Shown here: positions 38,455 through 50,943 of the stretch, piece by piece | How positions within the stretch are numbered: position 1 is the stretch's first letter | How the letters are laid out: every line of letters begins with the position of its first letter | Source: Octopus vulgaris | Lineage: Eukaryota | Reading direction: 5' to 3' | Length of the DNA stretch: 62,000 nt | Assembly: GCA_951406725.2 (NCBI GenBank) | Contig: OX597826.1 | Coordinates: forward strand, 60,036,001-60,098,000 | Program-made: the position numbers and the translations under genes | Notes under the pieces: generated by a model | Told to the model about the DNA's origin: nothing | What the model saw: only the letters and a program-made list of their open reading frames with translations | Database searches by the model: none

Positions 38455-38550
38455 ATAGTTCAGTTTTATTTCAAAATTTCTTGTAAATAAAGAACGAGCC
38501 GGTTTCTAACCTAGATCCAAGGTTCCTTCATTGGTACTTCAACATCTACA
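38455..38550 (-). mobile_element. 3'-end fragment of the R4/Dong-like LINE seen at 61480-62000
   Basis: Reverse complement ggatctaggttagaaaccggctcgttctttatttacaagaaattttgaaataaaac matches 61945-62000. Confidence 0.75.
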
Positions 38551-38693
38551 AATGGGTATTTTTGCATGTATGTATGAGTCTATGTGTGCCTGTATGTACG
38601 TATGCATGCATGTATGAATGTATATTTCACTCTCTCTCTCTCTCTCTCTGTATATATACACACACACACAGACACAGACACACAGACACACAG

Positions 38694-38762
<69 letters not shown>

Positions 38763-38784
38763 TTAAAGGGTAAATGCCCCTGTA

Positions 38785-39082
38785 GTTCATGAATGACCAT
38801 GTGATTCCACCCCACTGTAACACAAATCTGGGCTAGATTGTTTATGGAAGACCAGCAGCCGTCCATGTATACTTCCCTCTCATCTCCATGCCACCGATTT
38901 TATCCAAGGGAAAGGCAAAGGCCGATACAGCTTGGCACCAGGGACATCTCAATATATTTCTACAGCTGAGTGAACTGGAGCAACGAGAAATAAAGTGTCT
39001 TGCTCAAAAACACAACACGCAGTCCGATCCAGAAACTCACTATCTCATGATTGTGAATCCGACGCTCGAACCACTGAGCCGT
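38785..39082 (-). mobile_element. SINE family 4, tail type B
   Basis: Same head and central domain as 1179-1482, tail ggtgccaagctgtatcggcctttgcctttcccttggata...ggtcttccataaacaa. Confidence 0.85.
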
Positions 39083-39711
39083 ACACACACACACTCACAC
39101 ACACACACACACACGGACACACATACTCACATACACCCGTACATATTTATAATATTCATATATATGTGAGTGTACGTATATGTCTATGTGTATGTGTCTT
39201 AATGTGAGTGTGATTCTGTGCGTACGAGAAAGAACATTGAATCTGAAATACGTCGTGTCTGCTTTTGTGGCCTTCACAAGTCAAGCTGACAATACTCTGC
39301 ACGAGGAAATTACATAAAACATGAAAGATCAGACATATAATACCAAAAGAAACACTTCTCTCAATCAATTCTATTTACCAATACAGAATGTAACGATACA
39401 GACCAGGAGCATTGCCATTTCCTTTATAAAGTGTCTTCGATCACTTCAAAATTGCACATTTTAACGGAATTCGATCTTTGTCGATATTTACCTGTTTTTT
39501 CATTGTATTTTGAAATATTTTTCGCTAGATGTATGAGTTTTTTGTTTTACCTTTATAATATGAATGTAATAAGGAATTGTCAAAAAATATTGCCAAAAGT
39601 ATTTCTTGTATAATTTCTTAGCTTTAACTAAAGAAAAGGTCGAGCTAAAAGTTAAAATAAAGACGTGTTTTGCAATCCCGTAATAAAATAACACTCTGTG
39701 CTCGCGCGCGT

Positions 39712-39892
39712 GACACCGATGCTGGGTGTGTTTACGCCCCCGCAAATTAGCGGTTCGGCAAAAGAGACCGATTTAATAAGTACTAGGCTTACAAAGAATA
39801 AGTCATGGGTTCGATTTGCTCGACTAAAAGCGGTGCTCCAGCATGGCCGCAGTCAAATGACTGAAACAAATAAACGAGTAAAAGAGAAAAGA
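39712..39892 (+). mobile_element. SINE family 2 tail
   Basis: accgatgctgggtgtgtttacg...agcggttcggcaaaagagaccg...gctccagcatggccgcagtcaaatgactgaaac. Confidence 0.9.
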
Positions 39893-40399
39893 GAACATTG
39901 TTAGAGGTTTTATACGAAATGCGGGGTCAAACTATTGGAGGGAATGTAAATTTTTCACAATATATGATAATGTTGAGTAATGTTGTTCTTAGACGTGTTG
40001 TGTTTATTGTGACTTCCACAAGCATAGCCTTTGTTAATTTCGACAGAAAATTTCATTAGCGATGCTGTCAATTCTAAAATATCACAGACACCAAACAGCT
40101 TTAATTATGTTACTTAAAAAAATCCAGAAAGAAATTCAGATGCTATATGAATGTTCATGAACAAAACAATGAAATTTCAAGTACTTTGCCAACAAGCCTC
40201 CATACAATGCAAACTGGATACAGGATTAAAGGATATTGTAATACCTGATTAAATAAAAATTATTGCATCACCTAGGAAAACAGAGTTTTATGATGCATAT
40301 ATACACATTCACTCTCACATATTATACAGATATGCGTGTGTGATTTGTGTACATGGGTGGCTCTGTATCATTATATATGCATGCATGTATTTATGGATG

Positions 40400-40464
40400 G
40401 ATGGATGATTGTGTGTATGCGTTTATGCATGCATATATGTACGTATGTATATATGCATGTATGC

Positions 40465-40560
<96 letters not shown>

Positions 40561-40816
40561 CTTACAAAAACACACAAACACACACACGCAGACACATACA
40601 CGTGCACACACACCTCCTGATGTGTTTTTATAGTTCTATCAGTATGTATGGGCAAGAAAGACGGGTTACGAAATGATGGTTGCATTCTATAACGAAAATT
40701 ACAAAAAAAAAAGTATTATGTTGATAAGGCTTTAGCTAGTGACATAATCCTACTGAAATATTTTCGTATTCTCCTGTAATATCTGCGATGAAAATATATG
40801 TGCGTATGTACGTATG

Positions 40817-40859
<43 letters not shown>

Positions 40860-40874
40860 GCATATATATATACA

Positions 40875-40920
<46 letters not shown>

Positions 40921-41180
40921 TATATACATATATACATATATAATGTTAAATACATACATATATATATATGTATATATATATATATATGTTACATACATAC
41001 ATATATATATATATATGTAATGTGTATATATATATACATATATAAATACATATAATGTATATATATATATATACACATATACATATATATACATATGTAT
41101 ATGCATATATGTGTGTGTGTGTGTGTGTGTATATATACATGTATTTATACATTCATGCATACGTAAATACATACATATAG
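40400..41180. repeat. Representative compound (TA)n/(CA)n/(GA)n microsatellite field (similar fields at about 2840-3750, 11580-12060, 13680-14070, 32390-32780, 56690-57290, 59880-60200)
   Basis: Directly visible; accounts for most ORFs in the track. Confidence 0.95.
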
Positions 41181-42082
41181 AGGCAAAAAATATTTAATAT
41201 TGTTAACACGAAATATAAAATTCTCTTTTGCGATTTTGTGATTATTTTAAAATTTATATTTTTTGTGAATATTTATCAAAACGTTATTTTGTAAAGTATT
41301 GCCATATAAATTCTCCTCCTTGTATATTAACATTCTTAAAGGTAAAAAAAAATTGAGAACTTAACAAAAATATTAATATTAATCACGAAAGTATTTGAAA
41401 TATTGAAATTTAATAGTTGTTACTAAGAAAAATTATTTTTCTACTCAAAATTCAAACGTTGTCTACAGAATAAAGAGAAAAAAATATTATAAAACCAAAA
41501 GGAACACTTAAATTTTTTTTCTTTTTAACAGGAACAAAAATCGATAAAACCTATTTTAGCGAGTTTAAAACAAAGAAAATATACTAAAATCATTTGGAAT
41601 TCTGACCTAAGACTTGTTATTATAATTTGAAAGAAATTCCTTTTGTGATCTGCTGACACTTATTCTTAACTAAAGGTTTGCGAATGTAAATTTGATTTAT
41701 TCAAAATCTTGGACTTGGTGGAAAGGATGAATAAACATCTGCTCACTGACGCATGTCTAACCTCTTCAGTTTGTACTTATTTTAGTTTTTGCATGCGTGA
41801 AATTGTCAGTACTGTTTGGTTTAATTAACCAAGCGTGACAAATATGAGGAACATGCCAGGGTAATTATGGTGTTGATGCTGTTGAAGAAATGTTATATTA
41901 TACACCTACGAGGATCCGGCAATTTCTCTACGCCGAATTTTAAGTTGACATCCATCAATTTGAAGGTTATACTTAGGTATATCTGGTGGTTTGGAAGCTC
42001 GCTTTGCAACCATGTTTTTGTGATGATTTTTACTGAGCGACTTTTGGGCAAACTTATTTTTATATGCGCGTGTAAATATATG

Positions 42083-42149
<67 letters not shown>

Positions 42150-42157
42150 ATGTATGC

Positions 42158-42466
42158 GGATGCGCAATGGCCCAGTGGTTAGGGAAGCGGAATCGCGGTC
42201 GTAGGATCGTGGTTTCGATTCCCAGACCGGGCGTTGGGTGTGTTTATTGAACGAAAACACCTAAAGCTCCACGAGGCTCCGGCAGGGGGTGGTGGCGATC
42301 CCTGCCGTACTCTTCCGCCACAACTTTCTTTCACTCTTTCTTCTGTTGGCCTACTCGCTTAGCCAGTGGGGTGGCGTAATTTGAAGGCTAAAACAATGCG
42401 AAGCGCATTGTGACAAGCGATGTGTAACAACATCTGATAGTCTGGTCGGTCACGTGATCACGTGAT
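42158..42466 (+). mobile_element. SINE family 3 with the tcacgtga tail, copy 1
   Basis: gcgcaatggcccagtggttagggaagcggaatcgcggtcgtaggatcgtggtttcgattccc head; ends ggtcacgtgatcacgtga. Confidence 0.9.
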
Positions 42467-42526
<60 letters not shown>

Positions 42527-42536
42527 ATGTGTGTGT

Positions 42537-42845
42537 GGAGGCGCAATGGCCCAGTGGTTAGGGAAGCGGAATCGTGGTCGTAGGGCCGCGGATTCGATTC
42601 CCAGACCGGGCGTTGTGAGTGTTTATTGAGCGAAAACACATAAAGCTACACGAGGCTCCGGCAAGGATTGGTGGCGATCCCTGCTGCACTCTTTCGCCGC
42701 AACTTTCTCTCACTCTTTCTTCTGTTGGCCTGCTCGCTTAGCCAGCGGGGTGACGTCATTTGAAAACTAAAACAATGCGAAGCGCATTGTGACCAGCGAT
42801 GTGTAGCAACATCTGATAGCCTGGTCGGTCACGTGATCACGTGAT
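42537..42845 (+). mobile_element. SINE family 3 with the tcacgtga tail, copy 2 (tandem)
   Basis: Colinear with 42158-42466 over its whole length. Confidence 0.9.
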
Positions 42846-42870
42846 ATGTATGTATGTATGTATCTCTCTC

Positions 42871-42927
<57 letters not shown>

Positions 42928-43630
42928 CCCTCTGGCAACGTATTTGATCCTTGACCATGTTGGTTGCAAACACTTGTCAATAGTTTCTTGGTCAATCATT
43001 TTGTGTTGGAGTGACAGAGTTTTAAATATTATCGTTTGTTGCGCTATGCGTTGTTGTATATCGTGAGCGGTGGGGAGGTTAAATTAACATTTGTGTCATC
43101 TCTCTGTAATAAATTCCTCACTTTTTTTATCTCTTCAACATTAAAGTAGAGTGATTCTTGTTGCACTCTCACTGCTGATTCGAAACCGCGATTGCTTAGT
43201 TTAAATCCATCTTTCTTGAGGTCCTTAATTTTGTTGTTCGTGGTGTCCTTGAAAGTATCTATTGTATTTCTTTTGGGAAGTAGATCATTCCTCTCTCTTG
43301 CTCGCAACAAGGGAGAGAAAGAGACAATTCGGTGTACACGTCGTCTTAGTGGGCTTAACCCGCACCTAGGGTGGAAGCCACGATTGAAAAATTAATTACG
43401 TAGCAAAAATACAAATAAACGTGGGCAAAATTAGCCCATAATAGGGGGAATTTTGGTTCAGCTACAAAGACGCACAAGATTCAACAATAATAATTATAAA
43501 CACACTTTGGTAACATGAATTTACAAAACGTACTAGCGTAAAAAGCGCACGTCAGTTCGGCAAGTAATTATCCAGCCCTTCATACGTCGCCTAACGACAG
43601 GAAAGTCCATGATATATGTGTGTGTGTGTG

Positions 43631-43666
<36 letters not shown>

Positions 43667-45939
43667 GGCTGCCTCCTCAAGAAACTTAAACTTTTCAAAG
43701 CCAATGTTAAAGTTTTTAGCCATGCTCAAGTATCCAAGTATGAATGCAAGTTCGGAGTGGTGTGGGGTTATGTCTAGTTCTTTCAGACAGTGAATGAATT
43801 AATATTTAAACATAAAGAATATGCTTATATTATTACATTTCCTCTGATCCACGCTGTGTTGTGTATTATATATACAACCACACGTACTTTCACACACACA
43901 CTCACACATGTATGCATTTGTGTATGTATACATGTATGCGTTTGTATATACGTATGTATTTATGTATACGCACACAGGCCCATGCTTATGTTCGCATTTA
44001 CGTACTCCATATGTACCTATTAATTCAAATTATCTTTGATTCTTTCATTTCGACTGTCTCCTTTTGTTCCATTCCACTTTCTCTTTTATTATTCTCTAAC
44101 ATCTTCCTCTGTTCATTTTCTCTCTTGTTTCCCTGTTGTCGTGTTCTTTTCTAAACTTCCATCACAATGTTTCCGTTTTGTTTTTATCTGCTTTTTATCT
44201 TTTTCTTTCTTTCGTCTTATTTTTTCGTGTCTTAGTTACTTTTTTATTCTCTTCGTTTGATTTATTCATTTATAGATTATTTATTAATATATTCATTTTC
44301 AAAATAGCGGCAAATAACTTATTTACATATTTTGTTCTGCCATTCTTTGTGACGATGTATTTATTTTGAACAAACTTCTTTTTAATTCTTTTATCCTATA
44401 TTGTTAAGTTTTTTCTGTTATAAAGATCTACAGAAAAACAATGCGAGATTTTAAATTCATCAAACATATGATATTCAATAAATAAATAAATACAACATAA
44501 TCAAAATGAAATAAATTAGCCTCTTATAAACACAAAAATAATTTAATTAAAATAATTTTAAAAGGTGACTGTATTTTTCTCTTTTGTTGCATTTAATGAT
44601 CAATGTAAAAAAATATAGATCTCAATGTTTTTTGTTATTCTTTGCGGTGCTAGTATTGTTGCTTGTCCTATTGTAGTTGCTATTGTGGATGTTCGTGTTG
44701 TTTTTGTATTTGCTACCATATTATTTGATCGTATTAATTATATAATCGTTCAGTAATTGGCGATACTGGTAATTGAAATCAATTATAAGGATAAGATTTA
44801 AAAACACAAAAATATAAATTAGTTACCCATATAAATTTGCATTTCCTTTTTTCTATTATATTTCGAAAGTATTTATTGCTTGTAGGTATTGTTGTAGATG
44901 TTATTCATCTCTTAGTCTAATCTCACATAAGAGGCATACGACACGTCGTTTGTTAAGAAATTATTCGCTTCGTCATATGTTTGCAAAATGATACTGATTA
45001 TGTCATTCTGGCGATTGTGAATAAGTATAAAACGGCGCGATACATGACCACTTATAGCCAGAAATTTTAAGAGCATTTTAATTAGCAAGAAATATTAATA
45101 AATATGTATATTCTATGCATCTTCTTCCTTACTCTTCGATTTTAAATTTAAACTTCCATTACCATCATGATTGATCTAGAAAGGTTTGTCTTCCTTACAA
45201 TAACTGACAGCCAGGGTACTCCACGTATATAGTGATTAGTCATAGTTCTATTGTTCCAGATATATGAAAAGGATCATATTTCATGTATCCAAGAAGCGGA
45301 GGGAAATCGTTCGTTATCCTGCCAAACACCACATCAAATGATAACTGTCTAACTCCCAGTTGTCTCTAATTTCATTGTTGATGCTTATTATGCTTCGTTC
45401 TGTGGCTGTACTTCTCTAATTTTACTCCGCATCGGATAAGCGGCGGTGACGACCACGCGTCCCTATTTCGAGTAATTTGTTTTTCTGTTTGGAAATCTTT
45501 TATCAGTGACATTCCAGTCGATCTTTGTTTGCAACATAACATATCGGAGGTTACTTTGTCTACATTCTTCATTTATATGAAGAATGTGGCGGCGTACGGT
45601 GTGATAAGGAGAGATTTTTGCTGAACTCTCGAGTCGATCGAACTTCTCATATTTCTTATAAACGACGTATGTGTATGAACTAATAGACAGTAAATAGAAA
45701 ATGTAAGGCCTAATATGAGAAACAGCTGATATTGTCTCTAAAAGTGTGATACAGTAAATGCAAAACAGAGCATGCGTGAAAGGGTTTTGTATAATCACCT
45801 GAACTACATAAAAAACAAACAAAAAAAAAACACAGAAGATCCTTCTCAAATCAAAATCTGTTGATGTTTAAAAATAATCACTTACATATAAGATAACTTT
45901 GGTACATTCCCTTAAACAGATAAGATGGTCATAACATTT

Positions 45940-46250
45940 TTTTTTATTTGGTTGTCCGCCTTCTCGACCACATCAGAAATATGTGAGGTTGTTTGGCAGA
46001 GTGTTGAATAGAGGTGGGTCACTGAAGCCTAAGCTGTTACATAACTAACTCCTTATTCGTGATGGAGAAAATAGGATCCATCTCATCTCCTACAATCAGT
46101 GCCGTCCGGTTCGGCAGTTGGTATAGCTTTCAGTTCCAAAATTGAGAGCTAGACCTTCCAGTATTTTTTGTATGTATATTACTGCGCATCTTTCACGCCT
46201 TCTCTCTAGGGAGTTGAGCCTCAGTTCATTTAAGTCACCTATTTGTCTGT
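45940..46250 (-). mobile_element. CR1/L2-group LINE RT C-terminal fragment
   Basis: Minus frames: IGDLNELRLNSLERRRERCAVIYIQKILEGLA; FGTESYTNCRTGRH; CNSLGFSDPPLFNTLPNNL. Confidence 0.8.
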
Positions 46251-46262
46251 GTGAATCTTATT

Positions 46263-46503
46263 CGTATTTATTTCTTTATTGCCCACAGTGGGCTAAACAT
46301 AGAGGAGACAAACAAGGACAGACAAAGGGATTAAGTCGATTACATCGACCCAGTGCGTGACTGGTGCTTATTTAATCGACCCCGAAAAAAATGAAAGGCA
46401 AAGTCGACCTCGGCAGAATTTGAGCTCAGAACGTAACGGCAGACGAAATACTGCTAAGCATTTCGCCCGGCGTGCTAACGATTCTGCCAGCTTACCGCCC
46501 TTC
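46263..46503 (-). mobile_element. Full-length SINE family 1 (variant tail) with a 13-bp target-site duplication
   Basis: tgtgaatcttatt at 46250-46262 and 46504-46516 brackets head-to-tail element. Confidence 0.93.
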
Positions 46504-46673
46504 TGTGAATCTTATTTGTATTGTGCAGCTGGACTGCCTCAACGTGAGCCAATCCATATCACAAAGCACTATAAGAAAGGTGTTAAAAATATCCTACTCT
46601 CTATAAACAAGCCACTCTCTCACTCTCTTTCTTCATCTCTCTCGCTTTCTCTCTCTCTCGCTTTCTCTCTCTC

Positions 46674-46728
<55 letters not shown>

Positions 46729-48067
46729 TCCTCTCACCTTAAGTTAATGCACGCCTAGAAAAATTTGAATAAATCGCAGTCATATTTAAATTTACATTTC
46801 AATATATTATTCCAGTCAAATTGTTAATAAATGTGGAATTTGATAAAGTGTTGAATACATTAAATATTATATACATGCAAAAGTTTCTTTAAGAATTACT
46901 AAGGCATATATTGTATTAATGCTGCATTAATACACAGTAGCCTTTCCAGTTATAATATTCACTTCTATTATATAAAATGCTTCACAAATATATTAAAGTT
47001 CTTCGACTACGTACATAGAAAAATATATATACATATACATACATATAATCATTTATGTACATATGTGGACGAAGATATATGAGTGTGTGTGTGTGTGTAT
47101 GTATTTGTGTCCATGTATATGAAAATCCCTAAATCTTTATACAGATTGGGCTATAATGATGGGAGAATTATGTAATACATATATTTGGTACTCTAAGATA
47201 CTAGCATTTAAAAAGTGTTCCATCATTATGGCTCACCCTGGATATATCTATATAAATTAGTTCATCTACACAGTATATGGTTACGAACGACTAATAATTT
47301 CATACGTTGGAGATGTTGTCTAGGCAGGTTTTTACAAAACGCCTTGTGTCTCCATGCAATATGGACGATACAAGTAACACATCAGGATAACAGAACAAGA
47401 GAAACCATGCGGAAAAACGAGATGAAGGTGGATGAAAAAAGTGGAAGGGTGAAAAAGACGGAAAGAAAAGAAAAAATACATTTACTGGTGGAGAAACAAT
47501 GTAAGGTGTCTTACTTAGATCTGCGATGCAGCTACTCATTCGGTGCGCGGGTGGAGATTGTTCTCCAATTTGTCAAAAGAAATTTGTCCATCTGTTTGCA
47601 TTTGCTGGAAAATATCTGATTTGGAATTCATGAGTACGGTGGAATTCTTCTATCTAAAATCGATATGTAATCTTTCAACTACGCGTAACTTACGTGTTTT
47701 AACATAGCATGAAATTTTTTCTACAATTATCCGCTTGAGTGTATGTGGCGTGGAGTTGGTCTTTAAACCCCATACTTGGTTAGCCAACTTAGTGACCTTA
47801 CTTTTATCCATGTTCCAATCTTTTTCTTTATCCATAACGCAATGTATTTCTTCTTTTCGGCTAGGTTACCATGTCGCGTTACTGCGATTTCTGTGTCTTC
47901 TACTTGGAGAAGTCAGGCGTATCATTAAAACCATAAATACTTTGAAACGATCGTATAGATACATGAATAAAAGTAATTATAGCCCATATTAACATCTCAT
48001 CTCCTCCATTTACGAAAAAATGATTGAATTTGTTGAACTTTATTTTTATAAGTTAAATCTTACACTT

Positions 48068-48161
<94 letters not shown>

Positions 48162-48162
48162 T

Positions 48163-48240
<78 letters not shown>

Positions 48241-48734
48241 TGAGAGATATGGTTCCGTAATCTTAACTCTTTCTACAGCATCTTCAACCATTAAATGAAA
48301 CACTCTCTCCAATTTCATATGTGTATCGTCACATTTAAATATTTCACATACAATCGATTACACAATGACCTGCAAGTTTTTGAGAAATAACATAGTAAAT
48401 ACATACAAAACACCAATATGTATAACAGATAGGAAATAACATTCATCTAAATAAAAAAAAAGTCCGTGCACATACCTTACATCGCCTTTAAATTTTATGA
48501 AACATTCTTCTTTTTCAACAATAAGGGAAAGTTAATGAACCAACTATGAGTTGTTAATAGGGATCTTGACGTGTTATTTACTTTTTTTTGTATCAAAACA
48601 CAAGCAAGTTTGCTGACATAAATTCGACATAATGAACATCTGTCTCAAAATCCCTTCATGAAAGCCCTGGAATTTGGGAAACAAATTCCCCGTTAATATT
48701 TCTCTTGATACCAGGATATAAATCCTATCTATTA

Positions 48735-48940
48735 TCGACACAAGTCCTGAAGTTTTGTGGGGAGAGGGCATTTGATCATATCAATTTAATTGCTTCAACT
48801 GGTATTAATTTTATCGACCAAGGAAATTTGAAAGGTAAAGTTGACCTTGGCGGCATTTGAAATCAAAACGTACTGACGGATGAAATGGCACGAAACATTT
48901 TGCCCGGTCAGCAAACGATTCTGCCAGATCCCCGCCGTTG
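48735..48940 (-). mobile_element. SINE family 1 copy
   Basis: gacacaagtcctgaagttttgtggggagaggg...actggtattaattttatcgacc...cggcatttgaaatc...attctgccag. Confidence 0.8.
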
Positions 48941-49269
48941 TTACTAAGATAATGATTCACGCTATTCGATAACTCTAATACTCTGGAAATTCTTACAGGA
49001 TACAAAAGAAAGGGGACTCATCGTTTTTAATTTCTATATTGGTGCCATAAGATAACTGGGTCAATGAACACGTGGCATTTTAAGTTCTAGACACCCTTCA
49101 GAATGTGAACGATGATTATACCAATAACATTGTATGTAGAGGATCTCATTGCAATCTCATAAACCAGAAAAAACAAGATACTTGAATGATTTCGAAACGA
49201 CAAGAATAAAATATCCCAGGAAATCTCTTGAAATATCAAACGTAGCAGCGACATAATCTGAGACCCACT

Positions 49270-49500
49270 TCGGTCACAACACAGACCATGGGATTGCACC
49301 TAGAAAGTTACCCTCCGAGGCACAAGTCCGAGCAAGGTTGTTTATGGAAGACCAGCAGTCGCCCATGCATACCGACCTCCCCTTTCCACGCCAGTAGTGT
49401 TATCCAAGGGAAAGGCAAAGGCCGATACAGCTTGGCACCTGTGACGTCGCAACTCAGGATCGTAAGCTCGACGCTCTAACCACTGAGCCATGCGCCTTCA
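49270..49500 (-). mobile_element. Internally deleted SINE family 4 (tail type B)
   Basis: Reverse complement gaaggcgcatggctcagtggttagagcgtcgagcttacgatc joined directly to gagttgcgacgtcacaggtgccaagctgtatcggcc. Confidence 0.85.
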
Positions 49501-50848
49501 CCAGCGACATAATAGCAGGTAACAGTTTAGACAGATTTATACATAGGTAGTCCGTCACTCAAGGTTGATTTATTACATCTTTACATTCATGTATAGTCCT
49601 GGGCAAGATACTTTGAGGAATACTGATAGCTACCCATGCATGCAAGTTTAACCTTTCCATGCCACCGATGCATATCCAAAGCGAAAAATTTTGGTAGGTT
49701 CAGCGTGGAACGAGTAACGCTGGAGGCAATGCTGTGAAAAAGCAAAAAGTATGAGTCGATTATAACATTTCCAACAATCCACAGTCTTAGACTGGCATTG
49801 CTTTTAGTAGCACCGAAAGAATAAAAGGTAAATTTAATGAAAAGTAGCTTTGAAATGAGAGCCAGGAGAATCGAAACAAACTTCGTCAATGTTTATTATC
49901 GAACGCTCTAGATTTACAGACACACAAATACAAAATGACAAGCGAAGAAACTATACTCAAACACAATAATTGTGATCATAAATAGGAATATTTGAGGGGT
50001 AATATGCAGAGGAGCTTCCAATCTACAGCGGAGCAAAGCAACAACTGCAGCAACAACAACAAAAACAATAATGGAAGCGTCAAGATGCGGAAAGAAGAAC
50101 AGAAAATGGTAACGTGCTATCATATTCAAAGTAACAGATTATTATGGATGCCAATATTCTTATGTATCAGTGTAAATGTAATCTTAAAATATTATCGCTA
50201 TACAAACCAGCATACATTCTTCTATTGTAACAAAAGAAATGTTCTTCCAAAATTGATGAATATTATATCTTCTCGTTTCTCTTGTCTTAGAAAATACCAG
50301 ATTCGCCGAATTTATGCAGGGAACAATCTTCATAGAGTCAGTAAATATAAAACATTTATATCAGCTGTCACAAAATGTTCAATGGTAAACAGCCACATTA
50401 GGTGATAAACAATTTATCATGTGTCGACTAACGACCGGAAGTAAAAGGTAACTGTCGGAATGAGCTAACTAAAAGAATAATGAAGATTTATTAAACATAC
50501 AAACAGAAACCATAGGATACCAGATTACATGTCTTATAGTAACCCACGTTTTGCTTTTATGTTCAATGATCGAATTCCGCTAGTATTCTCTTTGGCATTT
50601 CAGAATTTGTGGATTTGATACAATAAAATGTGATCTTGGTATTTCTTGCCCGACTTAGCTCTGAACTAGCAAAGTTTTGCGTAGTAACTTCCCATTCGTG
50701 TTCATTCAAATAAGTTTTCCAATCAAACTATACCCAGGATTATTATAAGTTAAGTGCCCTCCATTTTTTCAGACCTTTAGTTATGGTAATTTGACAACGA
50801 TTCTTCTCATAGGCGGTAGTTCCAGTAATATAAGGGTCATTGGTTGTA

Positions 50849-50943
50849 CAATTGGGATAGAAAAATTGACCTAGCCCCCTTTGAAAAAGAGTGGTGTTAT
50901 AATCCAATTGGGATAGAAAAATTGACCTAGCCCCCTTTGAAAA
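50849..50943 (+). repeat. Perfect 39-bp direct repeat with 17-bp spacer
   Basis: caattgggatagaaaaattgacctagccccctttgaaaa at 50849-50887 and 50905-50943. Confidence 0.95.
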
